A DNA stretch of 43,229 bases from Octopus bimaculoides (taxonomy: Eukaryota), in the NCBI RefSeq assembly GCF_001194135.2, contig NC_069003.1:4574529-4617757 (forward strand). Reading direction: 5' to 3'. Below the pieces are notes generated by a model. It ran no database searches, was not told the origin of the DNA, and saw only the letters and a list, made by a program, of their open reading frames with translations. Shown here piece by piece: positions 1 to 10,769 of the stretch. Positions within the stretch are counted from its first letter, which is position 1. Each line of letters begins with the position of its first letter. The position numbers and the translations under genes are program-made.

Positions 1-32
<32 letters not shown>

Positions 33-205
33 CCATCGCTTGACAGCTGATGGTGTGTTTACGTCCCCGTAACCTAGCGGTTCGGTGAAATTGACCGATA
101 GAATAAGTGCTAGGCTTACAAAGAATAAGTCCTGCAGTCGATTTGTTCGACTAAAGGTTGTGCTCCAGCATGAATGCAGTCAAATGACTGAAACAAGTAA
201 AAAAA
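1..205 (+). mobile_element. SINE family B, 3' half
   Basis: TTTACGTCCCCGTAACCTAGCGGTTCGG...GTGCTCCAGCATG...AATGACTGAAACAAGTAAAA. Confidence 0.8.
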
Positions 206-380
206 TAGAAGAATGTATAAAACGGTCTTATAAACATATTTCTTAATACTAAAACTCTAGAAATAGTATATCTCAGAATCAGTATATTTTATCTTGATCT
301 TTTTTTTTTTTTGCCTATTTATTTTCATTATTTACCTTTGGCAGTGCAGTAAAAATTTGTGATATTTGGACCTCTATTTA

Positions 381-538
381 TTAAGGAAGGCGATTAAACA
401 CAATTTTTGTTTGTTATTTCTTCCCGGAAAAAGAACATGGCTTCGGCGACGTTAACACACATACACACAGAATACACATACATATAATTAATGTCATGTC
501 TTGTCAACACACACACGCGCAGTCGTCGCCTTCCCTAA
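381..538. mobile_element. Small MITE-like element with 13-bp terminal inverted repeats
   Basis: TTAAGGAAGGCGA (381-393) versus TCGCCTTCCCTAA (526-538), 12/13 complementary. Confidence 0.4.
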
Positions 539-1131
539 GAAAAAAAAAACGATTTTTTTGACGTACACAATATTTTAATCGTGACTATTTTTAACTGGTG
601 TGATTTCAAAAATAAAAGTTGTTTGTACAGTAAGGATTTATGTGCTAGCTTTCTTTAAACAGACAATATTTTTTTATTATTTTCAAGTTGCTAATTTCTG
701 TTTAAAAAATTATTTATCTACTTTTGTTTTAAAGTAAAAGAAAGTGAAAGATGTACGTGCATATGAAATGGACGTGTGTGTGAAAGAGAAAGAAAGAGGG
801 AAAGAAGGGGTGTGATATATACGTACATACATCAATACATGTGTACATCTTTTTTGTATGTACGTGTGCATGTCTGCGAGAACGAGTGGTATCGAACCCG
901 GGACCATGTGGTTGGTAAGCAAGCTTCTTACCATACAGCCATTCCATGTCTATATCATTCTGCATGTCTAGCAATATTAATCTATCTAACCAACAGTAAC
1001 AGTTTCTTGAAAGAGTTCAAGAATTTGTAAAATAGAATAAGAAATTGTTGGGATCAACAAACGAATTAAAAACTAAAATGGGTGGGGAGGCTGTGATTCT
1101 TTGTTTCATTTTGTTTATTTGTATCTTAGTC

Positions 1132-1163
<32 letters not shown>

Positions 1164-1283
1164 TCCTTATAAATCAAGGCACGGTTTTCTTTACGAGATA
1201 TTTCTCCGCAATACGTGTAAGTCTTTAATTCTTAACAGCTATAGCAGTTAAATTAACCTGAAATACGAATCAATCTGACAAAT

Positions 1284-1319
<36 letters not shown>

Positions 1320-1569
1320 TATAAAAGCAACACAGATAAAAGCCTTTAGAAAAAAAAATAATAAACGAGGTGAGGTTTTGAATCTATTAAACGCGTTTCA
1401 AACCTCTAATTAAATAAATAACGAACAGCACGTTCAGAATGCGTAAGAAGCCATTTTCTTTTAACAGACAAAATATTGCTAAATAATTCTTAGTTTGTTT
1501 TTTGTTTTGTTTTTTTCTAACATATGTATTAACCATTATTATTCGACTTCACTTTTCATCATTTCGGAG

Positions 1570-2385
1570 GCAATGTAATTAGTACCAGTTGCGTACTGGG
1601 GTCGATGTAATCAATCAGTCCCCTCCCTCCACCCCGCCAAATTTCAAGCTTTGCGCTTATAAAAATTATCATCATCATAATTATTATTATTATTATTATT
1701 ATTAAGGTGGCGAGCTGGCAGAATCGTTAGTACTAGGACAAAATGCTTAGCAAAATTTCGCCCGTTGCTACGTTCCGAGTTCAAATTCCACCGAGGTCGA
1801 CTTTGCCTTTCATCCTTCCGGAGTTGATAAGTACCAGTGCAATACTGGGTCGATATAATCGACTAGTCCCCTCCCCCGAAATTCTAGGCCTTGTGCCTAT
1901 AGTAGAATGGGTGATTATTATTATTATTATCATTATTTTTAAGGCGGTGAACAATCAGAATCGTTACCTCACTAGAACAATGCTTAGTGAGATTTCGTTC
2001 CGAGTTCAAATTCTGCCGAAGTCGACTTTGCCTTTCATCCTTTCGGGGTCCAATAAATAAGTACCAGTTGTATACTAAGGCTGATGTAATCGACTAGTCC
2101 ATTCGCCACAAAATTTCAGGTTTCAGGCCTCTAGTACAAAGGATTATTATTATGAAAGCGGCGATCTGGCAGAATCGTTAGCACGCCGGGCAAAATGCTT
2201 CGCAGCACTTCGTCTGTCTTGACGTTCTGAGTTCAAATTCCGCCGAGGTCGACTTTGCCTTTCTTCCTTTCGAGGTCGATTAAATAAGTACCAGTTACGC
2301 ACTGGTGGTCGATGTAATTGACATAATCCCTTTGTCTGTCCTTGTTTGTCCCCTCTATGTTTAGCCCCCTGTGGGCAATAAATAA
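1570..2385 (+). mobile_element. Head-to-tail array of tRNA-derived SINE family A (Meta/MESC-like core, (ATT)n tail)
   Basis: One 3' half plus three copies (about 1703-1915, 1940-2143, 2152-2385) of AAGGCGGCGAGCTGGCAGAATCGTTAG..GAGTTCAAATTCCGCCGAGGTCGACTTTGCCTTTCATCC..TAAGTACCAGT, separated by (ATT)n. Confidence 0.8.
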
Positions 2386-2399
2386 TACATTGGTACCGG

Positions 2400-2720
2400 C
2401 ATGTTGCTTCCCATCCACATATTGTCGGGTTCAGTCCCATTGTTTGAAACCTTGGGCCAATGTCATCTACTATTACACCGTGCCGACCAAGCCTTATGAG
2501 CACATTTGGGAGACTAAAAGAAGCCTGTATGCGTACGTGAGTATCCCGCTAAACTGCTTGACAACCCCTGTTGGTGTGTCGAGGCCCCTGTAACCTAGCG
2601 GTTCGGCGAAAGAAGACCGATAGATTAAATACCCGGCCTTAACAAAAATACTTTCGCCAAGGTAGTACTCCAGCATGGCCGCGATCTAATGAATGAAACA
2701 TGTGAGAGATAAAAGATAAA
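2400..2720 (+). mobile_element. SINE family B, diverged copy
   Basis: Same head, CORE-like segment and 3' motifs as 29835-30213. Confidence 0.7.
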
Positions 2721-3619
2721 CAAGAAATGACCCAAGAACATGACGGGTTCTATGTTTATTGACTCGAAAGAACTAAAGGCAGAGTTGACCTCAGCAGGTT
2801 TTGAACTCGGGGCACTACGACAAGAAACAATTAGCCCGAGGACAAGGCATTTGGCCGACACTATAAAGATTCCGTCTTTTATAATAAGAAATCATAATTA
2901 TCAAATTGTTGAGTAATTGAATTCTTTGTAGCCCGATCGATCGAACAATCAATCATTCAATTACCAAAAAAAGAAAAAAGATGGTGCCGAGCCAACGAGA
3001 GAGCCTGGACTTGTTTACTCGACCGACTAGAAACAGCAGCCAAACTTCCATAAAATAGCAATAATACTTTAATGTATTTTAAAGAAAAACATTGGTTCAA
3101 ATAGTCTTAATTCTCCATTTTTTTTATAATGTCATGATTATAGAATTCGGCGTAGCGAACTTAGGATCTCGTTATCGAAAGGACGTACAGTTGAATTGTT
3201 CACCTGAGACGATTCTGAATATTGCCTTTCATTCGGTGTGGTTAGCCAAATCTGAATTATGTCAGAGTGAGGATAAGGTACCTGCCAGGGTTCCAAATAC
3301 CTATCTCTGTGCGTTATATATGACTGAGGGTGTTATAAGCACTTACATTGCTAGAAATAAGAGCTAAACGCTCTAATGCTGCAGTCAATGCACGTAATTG
3401 TGTACATACATGCCGACAGGAACCGTAATCGCCCGAAAAGCAGCGGTCGGGATATGCCCAAACTGATCGGTCAGTTTCGGCTTTCGCCTCTTCAGTGGGA
3501 TCGGCTCGATTCGACAGATTCCGGACGACGATCACTCTCATCATAAATGTCAACGCCCTTTAATGACGGTTTCAGTTCTCCTTGCTGGTATACATTTGCT
3601 TGCTGCTGCCTAAATAAAT

Positions 3620-3653
<34 letters not shown>

Positions 3654-4200
3654 GCACTCCATCTGTTATGATGACAAGGGTTCCAGTTGATNNNNNNNNN
3701 NNNNNNNNNNNNNNNNNNNNNNNNNNNNNNNNNNNNNNNNNNNNNNNNNNNNNNNNNNNNNNNNNNNNNNNNNNNNNNNNNNNNNNNNNNNNNNNNNNNN
3801 NNNNNNNNNNNNNNNNNNNNNNNNNNNNNNNNNNNNNNNNNNNNNNNNNNNNNNNNNNNNNNNNNNNNNNNNNNNNNNNNNNNNNNNNNNNNNNNNNNNN
3901 NNNNNNNNNNNNNNNNNNNNNNNNNNNNNNNNNNNNNNNNNNNNNNNNNNNNNNNNNNNNNNNNNNNNNNNNNNNNNNNNNNNNNNNNNNNNNNNNNNNN
4001 NNNNNNNNNNNNNNNNNNNNNNNNNNNNNNNNNNNNNNNNNNNNNNNNNNNNNNNNNNNNNNNNNNNNNNNNNNNNNNNNNNNNNNNNNNNNNNNNNNNN
4101 NNNNNNNNNNNNNNNNNNNNNNNNNNNNNNNNNNNNNNNNNNNNNNNNNNNNNNNNNNNNNNNNNNNNNNNNNNNNNNNNNNNNNNNNNNNNNNNNNNNN

Positions 4201-4242
<42 letters not shown>

Positions 4243-4506
4243 AAATTAGGGAAAGGAGTAGATAAAATTCAGGCTACATAGGTTTCATCGTTAGCAGAAC
4301 CTCGGAAGTAGTAACGAGAGTCAAAGACATTCTAATCAAATGAAGTTTACATTGTCAAGAGATCCCATTTTAACTCACAGGAGATATTCGATATCGGAAA
4401 TGTGTGGAAAGCAGACAGAGAAGAAAAGAGAAAGCATATTTGTGAAGGCAACTCTACAGAAAGCAAGTGATCTCACCAGTCTGTTCTTAAAACTATAGAA
4501 CCTTAC

Positions 4507-4717
4507 CTTAGTGACGCTGTGAGCAAATATCTTGTTGCACTTGGCCAGTTTCCTGATATCCCAGATGTTCACTACACCATCGTCGCCACCACTAGCGAGG
4601 TAGTGTTCGCTCGGTGAGAATTTCAAGTTGAGGACAGATCTGTGTCGCCCTACGTAGGTGACCACCTCCGTTGGTTGTCGTTCATCGTGCAAACAAATGT
4701 TGCCAGCCATCGAACCA
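4507..4717 (-). CDS. cdc20-like: Cdc20-like WD40 exon (probably exon 5): GSMAGNICLHDERQ...LKFSPSEHYLASGGDDGVVNIWD...HSVTK
   Basis: Acceptor TTTTTACTCTCAG (4720-4718) and donor AAG|GTAAGG (4506-4501). 211 nt, phase 2 to 0. Matches Cdc20 GSRSGHIHHHDVR...LRWAPDGRHLASGGNDNLVNVW...HQGAVK. Confidence 0.92.
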
Positions 4718-4759
4718 CTGAGAGTAAAAACAAAAAGCAAATATTTCATCGTTCAATAT

Positions 4760-4950
4760 TTTCGGTTATTGGACTGCGGCCGGCCATGCTGGGGCACCTC
4801 CTTGAAGGGTTTAATCGAACAAATTGGCCCCAATACATATTTCCATTTTAAGCCAGATACTTACACTGTATGGCTCTTTTGATGAACCACTAAGGTATGG
4901 GACGTGAAAAACCTAACACCAATTGTCATGTAGGGTTGGGGTGTAAACAC
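4760..4950 (-). mobile_element. SINE family B, 3' half, next to the cdc20-like exon acceptor
   Basis: GACTGCGGCCGGCCATGCTGGGGCACC is the reverse complement of the family 3' end. Confidence 0.7.
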
Positions 4951-5371
4951 ACACACACGCGCGTGCGTGCGTGCGTGCGTGAACGTGTGTGAACGTGTGT
5001 GAACGTGTGTGAGCGTGTGTGAACGTGTGTGCGCGTGGGTGCGCGCGCGAGTTCATATGCATATGCTTGATTATCTCCGGAGCAGCATATCAGCTCTGTC
5101 ATCTTTTTTAATAGATGAAATGTTATTGGTAATTTCTTTTTTTTTTTCTTAGTCTTATGTCAGATTTGATCCAGCAGACCTACTATTCGAACCCCCGCCA
5201 CAGCATTTTATATATCAATGATTACACTACTCGAAGTAGTTATATCTTTAGAATAGGTCGGGTGTAAAGTGAAGGAAATTTTCCCGCTATTTCTGAGTTG
5301 TTGGGTGATCAAAAAGATTCGTTTTTTTAATAATTTTAGACATTATCATTACTATTATCGTCATTATTATT

Positions 5372-5575
5372 TAAGGCGGCGCGCTGACAGAATCGTTAGC
5401 ACGCTGGACAAAATGCTTAGCGGTATTTCGTCCATCTTTACGTTCTGAATTCAAATTCCCCCGCGGTCGACTTAGCTTTCATCCTTTCGGGGTCGATAAA
5501 TTAAGTACCAATGAAACAGAGGGGTCAATGTAATTGCCTAGTTCCCTCCCCATGAATTTCAGGCCTTGTTATCTT
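5372..5575 (+). mobile_element. SINE family A copy
   Basis: AAGGCGGCGCGCTGACAGAATCGTTAGC..TTCAAATTCC..TTTCATCCTTTCGGGGTCGATAAATTAAGTACC. Confidence 0.8.
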
Positions 5576-6931
5576 TACTTTATTTTAATTAATACGGATC
5601 AGTGGTAGAGAATCAACACAGATGCCGATGAAATTAGTTCTGCGGTCGATGAATTTACTACCAGTGTTATACTGAGGTGGATTAAACCAACTAAATTTCC
5701 TCCTCATCTAAACGTGCGTGACCTTGTACTCCCTTACTAGAAATCATTATTGGTTGTTTCGCTTATCTTTTTCTTTTTTTATATATATATATATATAATT
5801 ACCACTTAAATTGTTCTCTCTGATTAAGTTAAACACTTGTCCTATTGCCCTCGAGGTATTCCCGCTAAGAAGTTAAACCGAAAAGCACGCAGAACCTTGA
5901 AATTTAAACTTCGACAATTAACAAATTAAGTGTAAAATTAAAAAAAGAAATCATATACATACATACTATATATATATATATATATATAGGTAAAATGCGT
6001 GCATCGAATTTAAAAGCGCGATTTGTTTATTAAAGTGTGTAGCGAAAGCAGCTAGCTAGAAGTTAATCGATTAAAAGAACGACGCATGGCAACTAACCAT
6101 TCATTCGTAGCTCTTGTGTTATTTTGTAGAAGGAATTAAACCTTGCCAAAGCCAGATAGATGCATATATACATAGATGGAGGTTTTACTGCATGTTGTTA
6201 TTGTAATTAAATTTATATGTATTGTAGTTCTTAGAGTTGAAATTGTTCGTGTTGTTACATTTTGATTTCGTAAATTTGCAAAAGAAACCGCTGTACTTGA
6301 ACTCAACGACAAAGCAATTTAAATTTAATTAAATTGATATTGTTTTAAAGGCTGTACGAAGTATGTGTGGTGTAAGGCAGAGTAATTTATACAAACAGCA
6401 GTGCTAGCACTGTTTGTTCCTTACCGAAGACGCAGTCTTTGAATTAACTTCTGGAAAATATATATTTTAACTCCCTCAAGGCTTTCCATTTTCATTTTTA
6501 ATTTCTTTTGTCGCTCCTCCTTCGTGAAATTAACTACAAATGATGATCATTAGAATGGATGAATTAAACTATCACTTTGTTTAACACCATCTTATTCTTA
6601 AGTGCCTGGCGTATTCCACTCTACTACAAACATTGTGCAGAACGAGAAGTAGAACGAGTCAGCCATTTTGAAAAACAAACTAGACACGGTGGATAGTGTG
6701 ATCTTGGGTTTGCAGTTCAATTGAAAGGGGATGGTCACGGATGAAATGCCCTTTATCAGTTTTGTGCTTAGTCAGGACTGATATGATGCTAACCAACGAC
6801 AACAAAGGGGAGCTTGACAGGAATCGAACTCAAAGGAGCAGTTACTAAATGCTGTAAGCCTCCTTGTTCGACACACCGTTAATTAGTTCTTACGTTAGTG
6901 TGTTTCTGTGTGAGAGAGAGATGGGGGGAAT

Positions 6932-7039
6932 AGGCGCAGGTGTAGGTAAGGGGTAAGGAACTTGCTTCCCAGCCAAATGGTTCGGGGTTCAGTCCCACAG
7001 CGTGGCTCGTTGGACAAGTGTCTTCTTCTATAGCCTTGG
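6932..7039 (+). mobile_element. SINE family B, 5' part running into a gap
   Basis: GGCGCAGGTGT..GGTTCGGGGTTCAGTCCCAC..TTGGACAAGTGTCTTCTTCTATAGCC. Confidence 0.75.
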
Positions 7040-7623
7040 NNNNNNNNNNNNNNNNNNNNNNNNNNNNNNNNNNNNNNNNNNNNNNNNNNNNNNNNNNNNN
7101 NNNNNNNNNNNNNNNNNNNNNNNNNNNNNNNNNNNNNNNNNNNNNNNNNNNNNNNNNNNNNNNNNNNNNNNNNNNNNNNNNNNNNNNNNNNNNNNNNNNN
7201 NNNNNNNNNNNNNNNNNNNNNNNNNNNNNNNNNNNNNNNNNNNNNNNNNNNNNNNNNNNNNNNNNNNNNNNNNNNNNNNNNNNNNNNNNNNNNNNNNNNN
7301 NNNNNNNNNNNNNNNNNNNNNNNNNNNNNNNNNNNNNNNNNNNNNNNNNNNNNNNNNNNNNNNNNNNNNNNNNNNNNNNNNNNNNNNNNNNNNNNNNNNN
7401 NNNNNNNNNNNNNNNNNNNNNNNNNNNNNNNNNNNNNNNNNNNNNNNNNNNNNNNNNNNNNNNNNNNNNNNNNNNNNNNNNNNNNNNNNNNNNNNNNNNN
7501 NNNNNNNNNNNNNNNNNNNNNNNNNNNNNNNNNNNNNNNNNNNNNNNNNNNNNNNNNNNNNNNNNNNNNNNNNNNNNNNNNNNNNNNNNNNNNNNNNNNN
7601 NNNNNNNNNNNNNNNNNNNNNNN

Positions 7624-7935
7624 GGAGATGGCCGCACAGAGAGAGAGGGGGAGATAGCGACAGGAGGGGATAGCCACAGAGAGAGAGAGGGGGGCGGGAG
7701 ATGGCCGCACAGAGAGAGAGGGGGAGATAGCGACAGGAGGGGATAGCCATAGAGAGAGGGCGGGAGGGAGATAGTGACATAGTGAGAGACAAGGGAGGGA
7801 AATAGCAACGGAGAGAGGGGAAGGGAAATAGCAACAGAGAGAGAAGGGAGGGAAATAGAGACATAGAGAGAGAGGGGGGAAGGAAATAGCAAAAGAGAGA
7901 GAGTGAGAGAGCGACAGAGAGAGAGAGAGAGAGAG
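7624..7935 (+). repeat. Purine-rich (GA) compound minisatellite
   Basis: GGAGATGGCCGCACAGAGAGAGAGGGGGAGATAGCGACAGGAGGGGATAGCCA occurs twice, then degenerate subunits. Confidence 0.85.
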
Positions 7936-8369
7936 GGCGATGGTGGGAGAGATAAGTAGAAATGTGAAACGTCTCTTTCTCTGGCTTCAAGTCAGAAACT
8001 GTGAGATTATTTCAGTTAATCCAAGAAGCTCAGCAACAGATTTATTGTGCAACAATCGATTATTTACCGTTTTGCCTGTACGCAGCATTAGAATAACAAG
8101 ATTGCTTTAAAACAAGAGGCTTTTATTTAACCATAGAAAAACATCGTCAACAACAGAGTAAACATCAGCCGCTGAGTTAATACGGCACCGGTTACACGTG
8201 GTCGCTGGATCAACTTGCTAGAAATAGCAGAGAAAACGCCATCAAAATAACGCACGGTTATCGTGACTGGCAAAGGTTGAAGTAGGTTATATAGACGAAA
8301 CACCGAAATTAATATAGGATAGTCATGGTTGGAAGGTTATGATGAATCCATAACAGTGACATCTCAAGA

Positions 8370-9260
8370 GTCTCGAACCGCTACGTTGTGGGATCGTTCA
8401 GAAACCGACACCGGTTGTCAAACGAGGAGGATAAATACATTTTATACGACCGATAGAATAAGTACTAGGCATCGAAAGAATAAGTCCTGGGGTCGATTTA
8501 CTCGACTAAAGGCGGTGCTCCAGCATGACCACAGTCAAATGACTGAAATAAGTAAAAGAGTATACACATGACGGGCTTCCGCACAGTTTCCGAGCAACCA
8601 AATTTACTCAAGGCATCGGTTAGCCCAGAGATATAGCAGAATTTTTCCCAACGTGCTGCGCTCTGCTGCCAAGTGGGGCTGAAACCGTAACTGCTTGGTT
8701 GCATAGTGTGTTTCTTAATTGTAGCAAAGGCGCAGGCGTGGCTGTGTGGTAAGAAGCTTGCTCCACAACCACATGGTTCCGGGTTCAGTTCCGCTACGTG
8801 GCACCCTTGGCACAAAGCCTTGTGAGTGGATTTGGTAGACGGAAACTGAAAGAAGTTTGTCGAGCGTGTGCGTATATATGCACGTACATACATACATACA
8901 TACAGGCGTGGCTGTGTAGTAAGAAGCTTGCTTCCCAACCACGTTTCCGGGTTCAATCCCACTGCGTGGCACCTTGCTCAGGTGTCTTCTACTATAGCCT
9001 CAGGTCCACCAAAGCCTTGTGAGTGGATTTGATAGAGGGAAACTAAAAGAAGCCCATTGTATATGTCTATGTATCATCATCGCTTGACATCAGGTGTTGG
9101 TATGTTTACATCCCTGTAACCTCGCGCTTCGGCAAAAGAGATCGAAAGAAAGTACTAGGCTTAAGAATAAGCCCTGGGGTCGAATTGTTCAACAAAAACA
9201 CTTCAAAGTTGTGCTCCAGCATGGCCGCAGTCACATGACTGAAGCAGGTAAAAAAAAAAG
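8370..9260. mobile_element. Cluster of four family-B SINE pieces (+,-,+,+)
   Basis: 3' half 8370-8560, inverted 5' half 8565-8715, 5' half 8730-8870, full copy 8903-9260. Confidence 0.75.
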
Positions 9261-9282
9261 GACTATTGAACTGTTCACTTAC

Positions 9283-9485
9283 CAGTACTTCGCCGCCATT
9301 CGTACCAACGGCTAAAGATTTCCCGCTCAGGTTCCAAGACAAAGCTGTTAGAAACGCGCGCTCGTATTCGGAGAAATTGACGCGAATCCGCCGACAGGTG
9401 CCCTTCTCAGCACACCACACGTATACCGTTTGTTTCAGAGTTACAGCCAGGTAATTACTGCAGTTCCAATCCAATATATTGGTAT
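9283..9485 (-). CDS. cdc20-like: Cdc20-like coding exon 3 (WD40 blades 1-2): TNILDWNCSNYLAVTLKQTVYVW...FLTALSWNLSGKSLAVGTNGGEVL
   Basis: Acceptor ATATTTTTTTATAG and donor GTAAGT (9282-9277). 203 nt, phase 1 to 0. Aligns by eye to Cdc20 [23 protein letters not shown]...ISSVAWIKEGNYLAVGTSSAEVQ. Confidence 0.92.
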
Positions 9486-9574
9486 CTATAAAAAAATATA
9501 AAATATATATAATGAGCAGGAGTGATTGTGTGGTAAGAAGTTTGCTTCCCAACCACATGGTTCGGAACCATGTA

Positions 9575-9672
9575 GTTGGTTTACGTTACTCGAGACGCTA
9601 AATGTTCTAAAAACTGTTCGTAAACCAATTTGTTCGTTAAGAGAGGCGTTCATAAACCAAGGTTCCACTGTA
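9575..9672. mobile_element. Tigger/pogo-like MITE end
   Basis: GTTCATAAACCAAGGTTCCACTG|TA, the reverse complement of a CAGTGGAACC-type TIR with TA. Single end only. Confidence 0.45.
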
Positions 9673-10149
9673 GCAAAATTCTACTTTTGTTTTTGACCTT
9701 TTAGTATTTTTAATCCGTTAATCTTATATTCCAAAACACGTTTCGTCAATTCTTGCTAGAAATATTAAATTTTTCTAAGTTAAAAGTTATTTAGCGCCTT
9801 TATTTTTCAGTTTGTTCTGTTTTTTGTTTTTTTTTCATGAGAATTGTGGCTGTAGAGTGTGATGCAGAATAGAAGCATGGACATTTTCATTTATTAGAAA
9901 TAGTGAAAGCAAAACAAACAAATAACCATAATTGTAAGACACCATACTTGTTGATTAGCAAAGAACTGAAAGCTGAGAGACGGGAAGCTTCCTGACAGGG
10001 ACATAGGGATCAAAGCCTTTCTCACAGAACCCACCAAAAGCATGGAAGGAAGCAGCATTCGCTAATTGCAGAATGTGTGGGAGATTCGCAAATAATTAAC
10101 CGCATTGTCTCTGGCTACTTTTTTTTTTTTTTTTTTTTTTTGCTGTTTG

Positions 10150-10470
10150 CCATTAGAATGCGGCCATGCTGGGGCACCGCCTTGAAGAATTTTTAGTCAA
10201 ATGATCCAAATGTTTTTTTGTTTTGTTTTAGTCTTTGTTTTATTTTCTTCAAGCCCGGTACATTTTCTATCGATCCTTTTGCTGAACCGCTAAGTTACGT
10301 GGACGTAAGCACACCAACACTGGGCGTCAAGCGGTGGTGAGGGACAAAGACACACAAGCAGAGAGAGAGAGAGAGAGAGAGAAGACAGGCAGAGACAAGA
10401 CGGGCTTCTTTCAGTTTCCGTCTTCCAAATCCACTCACAAGGCTTTGGTCGGCCCGAGGGTATAGTAGGA
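10150..10470 (-). mobile_element. SINE family B copy with internal (GA)n
   Basis: TGCGGCCATGCTGGGGCACCGCC...CAAATCCACTCACAAGGCTTTGGTCGGCCCGAGG. Confidence 0.75.
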
Positions 10471-10769
10471 GACGCTAGAATTCTTATCCCACTGATCACG
10501 CTCTTCTTACGGCCATCATCTTGAAGGTGTTCGAACTGAGCAACCACCACATCGATTTCTCTGGTCTCGAAGGGTACGAGCACAACACCTCTCGCCAGGC
10601 CATATATGCACACGTGCAATATTATCATCTGTGACAATAAATCTATCCTGTATAAGTGGAAGTTGACATAAATATATACACGATTTATCATCAGCCACCG
10701 AACTCATCTAGAATAAGCTTAAGTAACACTTGTATACTAACAGACTCTTTTAGAAAAAAAACCCCTGCT

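Noticed and set aside
4268-4330. Minus-strand FDSRYYFRGSANDETYVA*, reminiscent of Cdc20 SAAADETLRLW
   Set aside because: Short match, no LxLW, immediate stop, and out of order without the intervening blades. Probably chance.
4375-4506. Read-through of the 4375-4749 ORF beyond the donor (VRSLAFCR resembles VKALAWC)
   Set aside because: A strong AAG|GTAAGG donor sits at the expected position. The read-through lacks the PW..LATGGG motif, becomes low-complexity and stops.
6391-6418. Palindrome CAGTGCTAGCACTG with TTTGT/ACAAA flanks
   Set aside because: Too short to separate from chance in 43 kb.
6879-7990. Several 220-340 aa ORFs
   Set aside because: Mostly Ns, flanked by a SINE and a GA minisatellite.
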